This document shows positions 20,181 through 28,732 of a DNA stretch of 64,000 nt, piece after piece. The notes beneath the pieces were generated by a model. It was not told the DNA's origin. It saw only the letters and a program-made list of their open reading frames with translations, and did not search any database. Made by a program: the position numbers and the translations under genes. Position 1 is the stretch's first letter; the number at the start of each line of letters is the position of its first letter. This DNA comes from Vulcanimicrobiales bacterium (lineage in GTDB: Bacteria > Vulcanimicrobiota > Vulcanimicrobiia > Vulcanimicrobiales > Vulcanimicrobiaceae), in contig JBBQQR010000002.1 in the NCBI GenBank assembly GCA_038215615.1, forward strand, positions 81,743 to 145,742. The letters are read 5' to 3'.

Positions 20181-22250
20181 TTAGGGCGAGACGCCGCCGG
20201 TCACACGGCCGAAGCGAATCTCGCCGCTGTTGAAGTTCACGTTTATCGAGGAAACCTTGAGCGTCTCGCCGCCGCTGCGCACGACGCTCGGATGTGGCAG
20301 CGTCAGCGTCTTCGCTGCGTTCACCCATTGGATCAAATCGGTATCGAACGAGCGCTCCGAACTCGTATCTTGCATTTGCGTGACGTGCACGTCGCCCGTC
20401 GCCGTGAAATCAAACGTCTGCGTGTTCACCGACACTTGTTCGGCGCGAACGCTCAGATACGGTTTGCCATTTTTGTAGAGCACTCCGCGGCGTACGCCCT
20501 GGACCGTTGCCAAGACGCCGTCGGCCGACATCTCGGCATGGTCGTATACGAACATCCAAGATTTCGTGCTCATGCGGTTTCCCGTCACGCGCCCGCCATG
20601 CAGTGTCAGCGGCGTCATCCCTTGCGGCGGGCCCCCCGGCGCATTGCCGGCCAGCACGACCTCAATAATCACCCAAATCAGTAGCGCGGCGCCCGCGATC
20701 AATAGATAGAGCTTCCATCGCGCCATTGCGGGGCGCCATTGCGGCGCATGCAGTGCACGCATGCGCACTCTGCGAAGCGCGAGAACCGCTGCATACATGA
20801 GCGCGAGCGCGATGCCGACCGGCGTCGGGCCGAGGCGCGCGAAGATCGAACCGGGGGGCGATCCGACTGTGCCAACCACGATTGCGGGTTTGTCCAATGC
20901 CGTTTGCTGCGTCCACGATCCGTCGGGCGCGATGATTCCGCTGATGCCCGTCGCCGCCGATTGCAAGACCCACTCCCCGTTTTCGATGGCACGCATCTGC
21001 GCGATCTGCCCGTGCTGATAGGTGCCGGAGGTTTCGCCGAACCACGCATCGTCGGTCGATATCACCAAGAACTGGGCTCCGCGCGAGACTTGGGCGTGCA
21101 CGAGATCGGCGAACGCCGATTCCCAGCAAATGAGCGGAGCGAACGGGACGCCGGCCGCCGAGATAACGGTGTCGTCCGCTCCGGCGGCAAAGCGGCCGAT
21201 GAGATCGGAGTCCGGCAGCCACTTAAGAAAGGCTTCGCCAGGAAACGATTCGGTGAACGGAACGAGCTGGCGCTTTTCGTAGATTTGCGAGATCTGTCCC
21301 GACGGATTAAACACGAAGAGCGCATTGTAATCCTTGGGACCGCGCGCTTCCAAGCTCCCGACGACCAGCGTTGCATTCAACGCGCGCGCGGCAGCCGAAA
21401 ACTCCTTGCGGACGAGCGCGCGAACGCCGTTGGGATCGGAGGCATTCAAGTCGGTCGGAATCACCGTCTCGGGCAGCACGACGAGTTGAGGATGCAGCGC
21501 CTGCAGTTTGCGGGTTTGCGTCACATACGTGTTCACGGTCGGCCAAAACGACTGCGGATTCCACTTGACCGTCTGCGCGATGTTGCCTTGTACCGCGCCG
21601 ACGCGTAACATCGGCACACGTTGGTCGTGGCGAGCCGGCCACGCTGCGAAACAGAGCGCCCACGCGGCGACGACGGTGACCACCGCGGTTACCAGCCGTC
21701 GAGGATCGCGGTTGGCTATTGCCTGCGCGCCGTACGCACCCAACAGCATGACGACGAATGTAATGCCGAATGCGCCGATATACGGCGCGAACGCGATCAG
21801 CGGAGTAACCGTTTGCGAGTAGCCGATCTGCGCAAACGGAACGGCAAGTAACCCAATCGATCGCAGCCATTCGAAGACGGTGAAAGCTGCCGCAGCGGCG
21901 GCCGGCGCGGCCCACGGCTGACCCCACCGTTCTGCGGCGCGTGCAGCAACGGCGCTGGCCGCGAACGTCAGCCCCTCGACGAGCGCCGGAATCAGCACGA
22001 CGGCAAACGCAAATGGTCCCACGTAGCTGCCGACGGTGTACGTGAACCATGAAAAATTTATCGCAAAAAAGATCGTTCCGGCGAACCATCCGGCGAAGAA
22101 GGCGCGTTTCCAGGAGAGCCGTTGCCAAGCCCAGAACAGGCCCGCCGCCGCCAGCGGGGCAAGCCATGCCTGTCCAGCCTTGGGAAAAGCAAGTGCGAGC
22201 GCAACCGCGCTCAAAGCGGAAACGATGACGGAGGTAAGTGTGCTACGCAA
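20181..22250 (-). CDS. lnt: Apolipoprotein N-acyltransferase fused in frame to a C-terminal LptC-like domain (20181-20726)
   Basis: Lnt triad PET / KRQLVPFTE / ICWES, plus VQGNI and DDAWFG. It is followed by a TM helix and a beta-rich LptC/OstA-like domain with no stop codon in between. Start uncertain (TTG 22250). Confidence 0.88.
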   Translation of the reverse strand: MRSTLTSVIVSALSAVALALAFPKAGQAWLAPLAAAGLFWAWQRLSWKRAFFAGWFAGTIFFAINFSWFTYTVGSYVGPFAFAVVLIPALVEGLTFAASAVAARAAERWGQPWAAPAAAAAAFTVFEWLRSIGLLAVPFAQIGYSQTVTPLIAFAPYIGAFGITFVVMLLGAYGAQAIANRDPRRLVTAVVTVVAAWALCFAAWPARHDQRVPMLRVGAVQGNIAQTVKWNPQSFWPTVNTYVTQTRKLQALHPQLVVLPETVIPTDLNASDPNGVRALVRKEFSAAARALNATLVVGSLEARGPKDYNALFVFNPSGQISQIYEKRQLVPFTESFPGEAFLKWLPDSDLIGRFAAGADDTVISAAGVPFAPLICWESAFADLVHAQVSRGAQFLVISTDDAWFGETSGTYQHGQIAQMRAIENGEWVLQSAATGISGIIAPDGSWTQQTALDKPAIVVGTVGSPPGSIFARLGPTPVGIALALMYAAVLALRRVRMRALHAPQWRPAMARWKLYLLIAGAALLIWVIIEVVLAGNAPGGPPQGMTPLTLHGGRVTGNRMSTKSWMFVYDHAEMSADGVLATVQGVRRGVLYKNGKPYLSVRAEQVSVNTQTFDFTATGDVHVTQMQDTSSERSFDTDLIQWVNAAKTLTLPHPSVVRSGGETLKVSSINVNFNSGEIRFGRVTGGVSP
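20720..20744. repeat. Direct repeat GCGCCATTGCGG x2 (13-bp period) at the Lnt/LptC junction
   Basis: Copies at 20720-20731 and 20733-20744. Confidence 0.9.
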
Positions 22251-22956
22251 AATGTTGTTCGTCGTCTCTGTCGCGGCGTTCACGTTTGCTGCCTGCGGCC
22301 GTCAAGTGACTCCCGACCGCGGGTCCGTCACGCCTTCGGGACTCCCGGCGGGTTTCATGCAGGTGAAGTTCACGACCGCTCAGGCGATGGATTTCACCAA
22401 CGTCCAGTACGTCATCATGTTTAATACCTCGACGAGCGGCGGCATGCCCTACGCGAACGGCTACCAGACCAATTATGCGAACTATTGGTTTGCGATCGTC
22501 GTCGGCGGCAACGGTGTGCTTTCAACCGTGCAAGTCGTGCAATATGTCCGCAACACAGGCGTCGGAGGCGGCCAGGTCGCATCTCCGCAAGTCATTCCAT
22601 ATACGCCGCAGCAACTTCAATTCAACCTGAATAGCAACGGCCAGAACACGCAGTTCACCGTGACGTTCGATCGCAGGCTCTTCAACGGCATCGTGCCGAC
22701 GCCGAGTCCCGTCCCCGGCGCGAATCCGAAGATATGGTACGCCAACTGGTTTACGACCAACGGTTCCGGTCAGCCGATCGACGCGCCCGGTATTGGCGGC
22801 CCGCAAGATCAGACGTTCACGTTTCCGACGTCGGGGCTGCCGGGCTTCGACATCTCAACGTCCTTCGATCAGCAGTTCAACGCAAACGCCGGCTGGCCGC
22901 AGGTCACGCCGCGCAGCGCACAGATCGCCGCCGGCGAGATCATCAACAGCCCGTAA
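22240..22956 (+). CDS. Hypothetical lipoprotein
   Basis: SD GGAGGT at 22230-22235, GTG 22240, lipobox FAAC and a beta-rich mature part. Confidence 0.8.
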   Translation: MLRKMLFVVSVAAFTFAACGRQVTPDRGSVTPSGLPAGFMQVKFTTAQAMDFTNVQYVIMFNTSTSGGMPYANGYQTNYANYWFAIVVGGNGVLSTVQVVQYVRNTGVGGGQVASPQVIPYTPQQLQFNLNSNGQNTQFTVTFDRRLFNGIVPTPSPVPGANPKIWYANWFTTNGSGQPIDAPGIGGPQDQTFTFPTSGLPGFDISTSFDQQFNANAGWPQVTPRSAQIAAGEIINSP

Positions 22957-23118
22957 CTACGGCGCGTCGCAAGGCGGGTGCCCGCACTTGCAGGCATCGG
23001 ATTCAATGCCTCCAGCTTCGTCGTCTTTGCAAACGGGGCTGCAATACTCTTCGGTCTCCATCTCGGCTGTCAGCGTGCAATTGCACAGATCGTGCGCACA
23101 CTCAATAGTCTGTTGCAT
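22957..23118 (-). CDS. Bacterial metallothionein-like protein, 53 aa (absent from ORF track)
   Basis: Hand translation gives MQQTIECAHDLCNCTLTAEMETEEYCSPVCKDDEAGGIESDACKCGHPPCDAP: 8 Cys and 2 His in CxHxxCxC / YCSxxC / CxCGHxxC. Confidence 0.85.
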   Translation of the reverse strand: MQQTIECAHDLCNCTLTAEMETEEYCSPVCKDDEAGGIESDACKCGHPPCDAP

Positions 23119-23124
23119 GAAGTG

Positions 23125-23130
23125 ACTATA
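23125..23130 (-). promoter_or_regulatory. -10 box TATAGT 6 nt before the metallothionein ATG (leaderless-type)
   Basis: Minus strand reads TATAGT-CACTTC-ATG with no SD. Confidence 0.55.
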
Positions 23131-23208
23131 CTCAGCCTGGGTCGGGTCGCACGGGCACCGCTCGCAAAAAAATGTCCATGTTTTTTCGCGCCCTTCGGTC
23201 CCGTGGCC

Positions 23209-26200
23209 CTAAAAGTTGAAACTGGTCGGGATGATCGATCCGGTACCGTTCAGGCCGAAACTCGCGCCGCGTGAGGGAAACGCCAGCAGGTTGAGCGTGA
23301 GATTCACTTGCTTGGCGGCCTGATTATACTGCAGCTGGATTTGATAGCAATCGCCAATGATGCGGCTCCAGTAGATGCTCTTGTTGATGATGCGGCCTTT
23401 GTTCTTCCAGTCGATGTCGCCGATGAACTGCAGCGTCGAACCGTTGCCGAAGGGCGTGGAGAACTGCAGGTTCGTCGTAAAGAATCCGTTGCCCGGGCCA
23501 GGAATGAACGATCCCGCGAGCGCGACGTACGAACGCCGCGACGGATGCACCGCTAGCTGATACTGCACGGGTTGTGCCGCGCGGTTGAACGCGGTGTTAA
23601 AACTCAGCGTGAGGTTGTAGAAGTCGCTGTTAAAGAATCGCAGCACGTCGGCCGCGGACTTATAATTGAACGTCGGCTGCTGGTCAAGCGTACTGAACGG
23701 CAGAAACGCGGGGCCGTTGTAGTTGGTCTCGTTGTACGTGATCGCGTTAAGGACGTGACGCCCGATCGGCGTCGACATCGTCGCGGTTTGCTGGATACTG
23801 GCCTTCATGTCGCCCGTGCCGTAAGCGAACTGATGCACGTTCACGCCGGCGCTAATGTCGCTGCCCAAGACGTGGTAAAGCGCCGGACCAAAGTTGAAAA
23901 ACAAATCGGCACGCGATGTCGAGAGCGGCGTCTGCGGCTCGTTGTAGTTTCCAATCGTGAACGACGACGTGATCGGGATGATGAAGTGCTTCAGGAAACT
24001 GTAGGGATGGATCTCCAGCTCGGGCTCTTTGTTTAAGCCGTAGGGCGTGCGAGCAAAAGATTTGTCGTACTTGAGCGTGTAAGCGGCGACCCTGTTGCTC
24101 CACTGAAGCAGATCGCTGAACGTCCCGCTCGAGTTGTTGCTGGCGTTGTTCAGCCCGTAATTCGTGCGAGCCGAACTGAGATTCAAGCTGAGGCTGTTCT
24201 GCGTCGTGGGTCCGAAACTGCGCGTTTCGGTGAAGCCGAAGTTGTCCGTAGCGGACTGCGTAGCGATGCTGCTGTGCGAGAACGTGTAGTTTTGCTGCGC
24301 ATTTTTGCCGGTGTGCGCGATCGATCCGCTGATACTTTCGTTGGGCGGCAGGTTGATGAGCGGACCGAAGTTGCTGTTGTAGGCGAACCCGAAACGTGCG
24401 CGCAATGATTGCGAAAAATTCTCGGTGTCCTGCGCGTTCAAGTTCCAAGCCGTCGTCTGCGTGCGGCGGTCGTGAATGGCGTAGGTGTCGACCGACGTTT
24501 GCCGTTTACCGTTTTGCCGCGCCAAGAACGCCGTGTACCCCAAGCCGAAGCCCTGACGCGAGTAGTATTCGACGCGGTAGTAGCCGTAAAAATACTGGTC
24601 CCGGCCAAATCCGGGTTTGGCTTTGATGTAAAAGCCTTGATACGAGTTATAGCCGACTTCGGGGAAAAATGACGGGCGCTGGCGTTCGTCCTGGATGCTC
24701 CGCAGCGGAATGATTACCTTGGGCAAATAGAAAACCGCCGCGGCGCCGAGGAAGAGCACGGCTTTGCTGATGACCATCCGGTCGCCGGGATAAATGTCGA
24801 TAGTGCGCCCCGTGATATGGTAGCCGGCGCGGGGACGTTCGCAGGTTGTAACGTTGGCATAATCGCCGTGCGAGACGCCGTGCTCGTCGGCCTTCAAGTC
24901 TTTGGCGGCGAAATAGACGAGCCCGCGCTCGACGCCTTGCGAGCTTTCGCCGCGGCCGTTGATTAGATCGGCGCGTTGAGCAAGCGTATCGAACTCGATC
25001 CGGTCGGCGTGCAAAATCGACGTGTCCGTGCTGTTGACGATGTAGGGGTTTCCGGTGACGCTGATCGTTTTGAATCCGTCATAGTGCGCGCGCTCGCCCA
25101 CGAGGACTTCGTCTTGATAAAAGATGTGCACGTTGCCGATGGCGTCGCCGGGTGCGCCCTGTTTGTTTGCGTTACCGACGAACTTGTCGGCCATGACGGC
25201 GACGTAGCCGGGGCGCAGCGTAGGCGCAACGATGGGAGTTGGTGAGGTCTCCGGCGTAGGCGATCTGTTGGGAACGATCGACGGCGGCGCGGAGCCGCGA
25301 ATCAAGAAAACGGGGCCCGCGCTCGCTTTTGCGCTGGGCGCCGGCATCGGAATCGGGGGCGGCGTAACCGTGTTTCCGGTCGGAATGGGTGTGGCGTAGA
25401 GTTGGCCTGGTGCGAGCGGCGCGTTCGGCACGGCTGCGCTCGATGTCGGCGACGGCGCCGGTGTCGGCGTAACTTGCGCGACGAGATCGCTCGAGCCTGA
25501 TGCTCGAGCCGCGCACGTGTTCGCGTTGAGCAATCCGAAGATCGCTTCCGACGACATCACGTTATCTGCCGCCGGCGAAGGCATCGGCGCCGGCGCGGGG
25601 GCCGGCATCGGTACCGGCGTGAGCAGAGGAAGCGGCGTCAGCAAAGGGTGCGGCGCGGGAATAAGATGCGGCGCCGGAACGCTTTGTACGGCGGCCGGTG
25701 CGATCGCGGACACGGCAACCTTGCGCACCGATATCTTTTGCGGAGCGAGCGCCTTGCGCGCGGGCGACGGTAGCGCGCGCGCAACCGCAGCTTTTTCGGG
25801 TGCCCGAGCGGGCGCGGGCGTTACGTGTGTGATCGGCGTCGCGACCACGCGCGCGATGGGCATTGCTGAAGCTATGACTGGAGCGGCGGTTAATTCAGGC
25901 AAGGGCGTCGCCAGCGCGAGCTCATCGGAACGCCGGGCGTTTTGCAAGCTGGCCCCGAGCCATCGTGCGCCGCGCGTATCGGTGCGCAAGAGGTTTGCGC
26001 CCTGCAAATTGGCATCGCGCATGTCGGCCTGCCGAAGATTGGACGTTTCGAGGTTCGCGCCGGCGAGATCGGCGTGACGCAGATTGGCACGATAGAAATT
26101 CACGCCGTACAGCAGCGCGCTCTGCAGGTTGGCCTGCTCGAGTCTCGCGCCTTGGAAAACGGCACCTTGCGCATCGAGCGACTGTAGGTTGGCGCGCAAC

Positions 26201-26466
26201 AGGTTCGCGTCTTGCAAAATAGCGCTTTGTAAATGAGCGCCTTGCAAATTCGCACCGGTCAGATCCGCGTGAGTCAGATTTGCGCCCGTTAGATCGGCGC
26301 CTTGCAAATCCGCATTGCGCAAGTCGGCGTTGCGGAAGTCGTGGTTCTTTAGGTTGGCGTTTTGAAAGTTCTCGTCACGCGCCGGCGCGGCAAGTGGAAG
26401 AAAGCCGGCGAGAAAGGCAGCCAAGCAGATCGTTGCGCGGACGGCGCGCGGATGCAAACCCAACAC
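23209..26466 (-). CDS. LptD-like outer-membrane protein with N-terminal pentapeptide-repeat domain and long Pro/Ala linker
   Basis: Signal peptide, A(N/D)LxG-type repeats, OstA-like jellyroll, LptD-type motif TTCERP.YHI...IYPGD...VFYLP...GYNSYQG, barrel-like C-terminus ending in Phe. Start approximate. Confidence 0.8.
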   Translation of the reverse strand: MLGLHPRAVRATICLAAFLAGFLPLAAPARDENFQNANLKNHDFRNADLRNADLQGADLTGANLTHADLTGANLQGAHLQSAILQDANLLRANLQSLDAQGAVFQGARLEQANLQSALLYGVNFYRANLRHADLAGANLETSNLRQADMRDANLQGANLLRTDTRGARWLGASLQNARRSDELALATPLPELTAAPVIASAMPIARVVATPITHVTPAPARAPEKAAVARALPSPARKALAPQKISVRKVAVSAIAPAAVQSVPAPHLIPAPHPLLTPLPLLTPVPMPAPAPAPMPSPAADNVMSSEAIFGLLNANTCAARASGSSDLVAQVTPTPAPSPTSSAAVPNAPLAPGQLYATPIPTGNTVTPPPIPMPAPSAKASAGPVFLIRGSAPPSIVPNRSPTPETSPTPIVAPTLRPGYVAVMADKFVGNANKQGAPGDAIGNVHIFYQDEVLVGERAHYDGFKTISVTGNPYIVNSTDTSILHADRIEFDTLAQRADLINGRGESSQGVERGLVYFAAKDLKADEHGVSHGDYANVTTCERPRAGYHITGRTIDIYPGDRMVISKAVLFLGAAAVFYLPKVIIPLRSIQDERQRPSFFPEVGYNSYQGFYIKAKPGFGRDQYFYGYYRVEYYSRQGFGLGYTAFLARQNGKRQTSVDTYAIHDRRTQTTAWNLNAQDTENFSQSLRARFGFAYNSNFGPLINLPPNESISGSIAHTGKNAQQNYTFSHSSIATQSATDNFGFTETRSFGPTTQNSLSLNLSSARTNYGLNNASNNSSGTFSDLLQWSNRVAAYTLKYDKSFARTPYGLNKEPELEIHPYSFLKHFIIPITSSFTIGNYNEPQTPLSTSRADLFFNFGPALYHVLGSDISAGVNVHQFAYGTGDMKASIQQTATMSTPIGRHVLNAITYNETNYNGPAFLPFSTLDQQPTFNYKSAADVLRFFNSDFYNLTLSFNTAFNRAAQPVQYQLAVHPSRRSYVALAGSFIPGPGNGFFTTNLQFSTPFGNGSTLQFIGDIDWKNKGRIINKSIYWSRIIGDCYQIQLQYNQAAKQVNLTLNLLAFPSRGASFGLNGTGSIIPTSFNF
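25930..26373 (-). repeat. Pentapeptide-repeat coding tract
   Basis: Continuous NANLK/NADLR/GADLT/GANLQ units over roughly 145 aa. Confidence 0.9.
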
Positions 26467-26474
26467 GGCGCGGC

Positions 26475-27629
26475 CTAGTGCTCTTCGTACCAAAGCAGGG
26501 CCAGGCCGCCGATGCCAAAGACGAGATTGGGCACCCACGAGACGAGGTACGGGTTCACGCGTCCCGTGCTGCCGAACGCGGCGGCCGCCTCGGAAAGAAT
26601 GAAATAGATGAAGAACGCGATGATCGACATCGCGATACCCATCATGCGCCCTTTCTTGCCGAACATGATCGCAAGGGGCAGCGCTAGCAAGACCGCTACC
26701 AGCGCAGAGAACGGAAACGCGAGCTTATCTGCCAGGTTGACTTGCAGATTTCCAAGCGCTTCACCGCCGACACCTTGCGCTTGCAAAGCGCTGACCTGGT
26801 GGGCGAGTTGTTTGGAGTTCATGGTCCACGCATCGCTGTTCGAGCTGCTGAGGAACTGCGCGGCGTTTTCTCCCAGCGGCAAGCCGATGCTGGCCTCAGA
26901 CTTGTCCACTTGCGACGTCATGTAGCCTTGAGCGTTGTAAAACGTAATGACGACGCCGTTCAGAACCAGCGTAGGGCCGGCCACGTGCGCGGTCTTGGCC
27001 TGGATCGTTTCGTTCCAATAGCCGTTGCGTCCCGGTTTGAATATCTGCACGCCGGCCATCGTGCGTCCGTCGGGCAGTACGTGGTCGATGAAGAACTCGT
27101 TATTGGTATCCGGATCCTTACGGAAAAATTGCGCCTCGACCGGCAGCGCGCCCGTGTGATAAATGATCTGATAAAACGTGCGTGTGGAGACCTCGACGGA
27201 CTTGGGCGCGACGAATTCGTTCATCGCCCAAGAGAACAAAAAAACGACAAACCCAAAGATGAGCGGCGTGAGACAGAGCCGCCACAGAGAAGTTCCGGAA
27301 GTGCGGATGGCGTTGATCTCGTTGTCGGCCATGAGCCGCCCGATTCCAAGCAGTGTCGCGAAGAGCGCCGCGAACGGAAAAGCCATCGGAATCGACTGCG
27401 GGATGCGGAAGACGACGAACCGCAGGACGAGAAAAACCGGCGCGCCGTGACCGATGACTTGATTGGCGGCCAAGAAGAAAATATTGAAGCCCCAAAATAA
27501 AAAGAACGCGAGGAACGCGAATACGAACGGCCCGATGAACTCACGCAAAAGGTAAGCGTCGAGCAGCGGCAAGCGCCAAGAGCGGAACAGGTTGAGGGGC
27601 GCGGGGCGTGCTCCGGAAATGGAGGCCAT
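26475..27629 (-). CDS. LptF/LptG-family permease
   Basis: LDAYLLRE, DNEINAIRTSGTS, periplasmic beta domain, KLAFPF and WVPN. Confidence 0.92.
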   Translation of the reverse strand: MASISGARPAPLNLFRSWRLPLLDAYLLREFIGPFVFAFLAFFLFWGFNIFFLAANQVIGHGAPVFLVLRFVVFRIPQSIPMAFPFAALFATLLGIGRLMADNEINAIRTSGTSLWRLCLTPLIFGFVVFLFSWAMNEFVAPKSVEVSTRTFYQIIYHTGALPVEAQFFRKDPDTNNEFFIDHVLPDGRTMAGVQIFKPGRNGYWNETIQAKTAHVAGPTLVLNGVVITFYNAQGYMTSQVDKSEASIGLPLGENAAQFLSSSNSDAWTMNSKQLAHQVSALQAQGVGGEALGNLQVNLADKLAFPFSALVAVLLALPLAIMFGKKGRMMGIAMSIIAFFIYFILSEAAAAFGSTGRVNPYLVSWVPNLVFGIGGLALLWYEEH

Positions 27630-27645
27630 CCGCGTTAACAGTTCG

Positions 27646-28128
27646 CTAGTAGCTGCGGTAAGCCGTCAGAACGCGGTCGACGTAGGCTTGCGTTTCGGCA
27701 TACGGCGGAACGCCGTGATATTGGTCGACGGCGCCGGGGCCGGCGTTGTACGCTGCAACGGCGAGTTCGACGTTATTGCGGTAGCGTTTGAGCAAACCGT
27801 GAAGATAGCGCGTTCCGCAATCGACGTTCTCTTGCGGGTCGAACGCGTTGCCGATTCCGCAGCCGGCGGCAGTGCCCGGCATCAATTGCATCAGGCCTTG
27901 CGCTCCCGCACTGCTGATCGCCGACGGATCGCCGGCGGACTCCGCCATGACGACTGCGTTGACCAAACCGGTCGGCACGCCATTGCGCGCGGCCGCGGAG
28001 CTAACGAGCTTCTGAAGTTGCGCGGGATCGAGCGCGTGGGGCGCATACGGAAGATAACCCGCTCCACTACAACCGCAGAGCAAGCTCAGGAATAGCGCGG
28101 TCCCGAGCAATCGTTTCATGTGAGTCAA
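27646..28128 (-). CDS. Lytic transglycosylase (SLT domain), likely lipoprotein
   Basis: AES, GAQGLMQLMP, AAYNAGPG and ETQAYV. N-terminal LCGC lipobox. Confidence 0.93.
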   Translation of the reverse strand: MTHMKRLLGTALFLSLLCGCSGAGYLPYAPHALDPAQLQKLVSSAAARNGVPTGLVNAVVMAESAGDPSAISSAGAQGLMQLMPGTAAGCGIGNAFDPQENVDCGTRYLHGLLKRYRNNVELAVAAYNAGPGAVDQYHGVPPYAETQAYVDRVLTAYRSY

Positions 28129-28204
28129 CCTGTCTTCTGCCTACAACGCGGCAAACCCGGCCGCTGTTGCAAGTCGAACACGCGTTCGATTCCCAATTTC
28201 ACGC

Positions 28205-28233
28205 TTGCCACACGTACCTATCGAGCGTATAGT
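28205..28233 (+). promoter_or_regulatory. Sigma70-type dcw promoter TTGCCA-N17-TATAGT
   Basis: -35 at 28205-28210, -10 at 28228-28233, 17-bp spacer, upstream of mraZ. Confidence 0.75.
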
Positions 28234-28257
28234 GGTGCAAAGTGGTGCGTTGTGGTG
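28232..28257 (+). promoter_or_regulatory. MraZ binding repeats (GTGGTG x3, 10-bp period)
   Basis: GTGGTG at 28232, 28242 and 28252, matching the GTGG-N6 arrays known upstream of mraZ. Confidence 0.8.
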
Positions 28258-28273
28258 ACCGAGGGAGGATTGG

Positions 28274-28717
28274 TTGCACGCGGATTTGCCGCGCTTTACC
28301 GGTACGGCCGAGCATGCCCTTGACGACAAGGGCCGTCTCATCGTGCCCGCGCGCTTCCGCGAACGACTCGGGAACGGCTTCGTCTTAACCATCGCGCAGC
28401 CGGACCCGTGCCTCGCCCTCTATCCGCAGGCGGCTTGGGCCGAATTCTGCAGCCGGCTCGAAAGCGCCCCGCGGAAGGACGAGCGTTTCCGCCGTCTCGT
28501 GCGACACATCTTTGCGCGCACCGAGGAGGTTGCATGCGACGTTCAAGGACGTCTGCTCATCCCGTCGGCGCTGCGGGCGTACGCCGGCATCGAGCGCGAG
28601 GTCGTTTCTGTCGGCTCGCTCACGCGGGTCGAGATCTGGGCGGCAGAGCGCTACGCCTCGCACGCCGCGCCCGATCCCGAAGCCGGTGACTTAATGGCGG
28701 AGCTGGGACTTTATTAA
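28274..28717 (+). CDS. mraZ: Transcriptional regulator MraZ
   Basis: DDKGRLIVP and DVQGRLLIP repeats, VEIW, and first position in the dcw cluster. Confidence 0.96.
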   Translation: MHADLPRFTGTAEHALDDKGRLIVPARFRERLGNGFVLTIAQPDPCLALYPQAAWAEFCSRLESAPRKDERFRRLVRHIFARTEEVACDVQGRLLIPSALRAYAGIEREVVSVGSLTRVEIWAAERYASHAAPDPEAGDLMAELGLY

Positions 28718-28732
28718 TGGCGGGCTGGAGCG

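Noticed and set aside
25930..26373. Pentapeptide repeats as a Qnr/MfpA gyrase-protection gene
   Set aside because: They follow a signal peptide and are fused to an outer-membrane protein, so they are not cytoplasmic.
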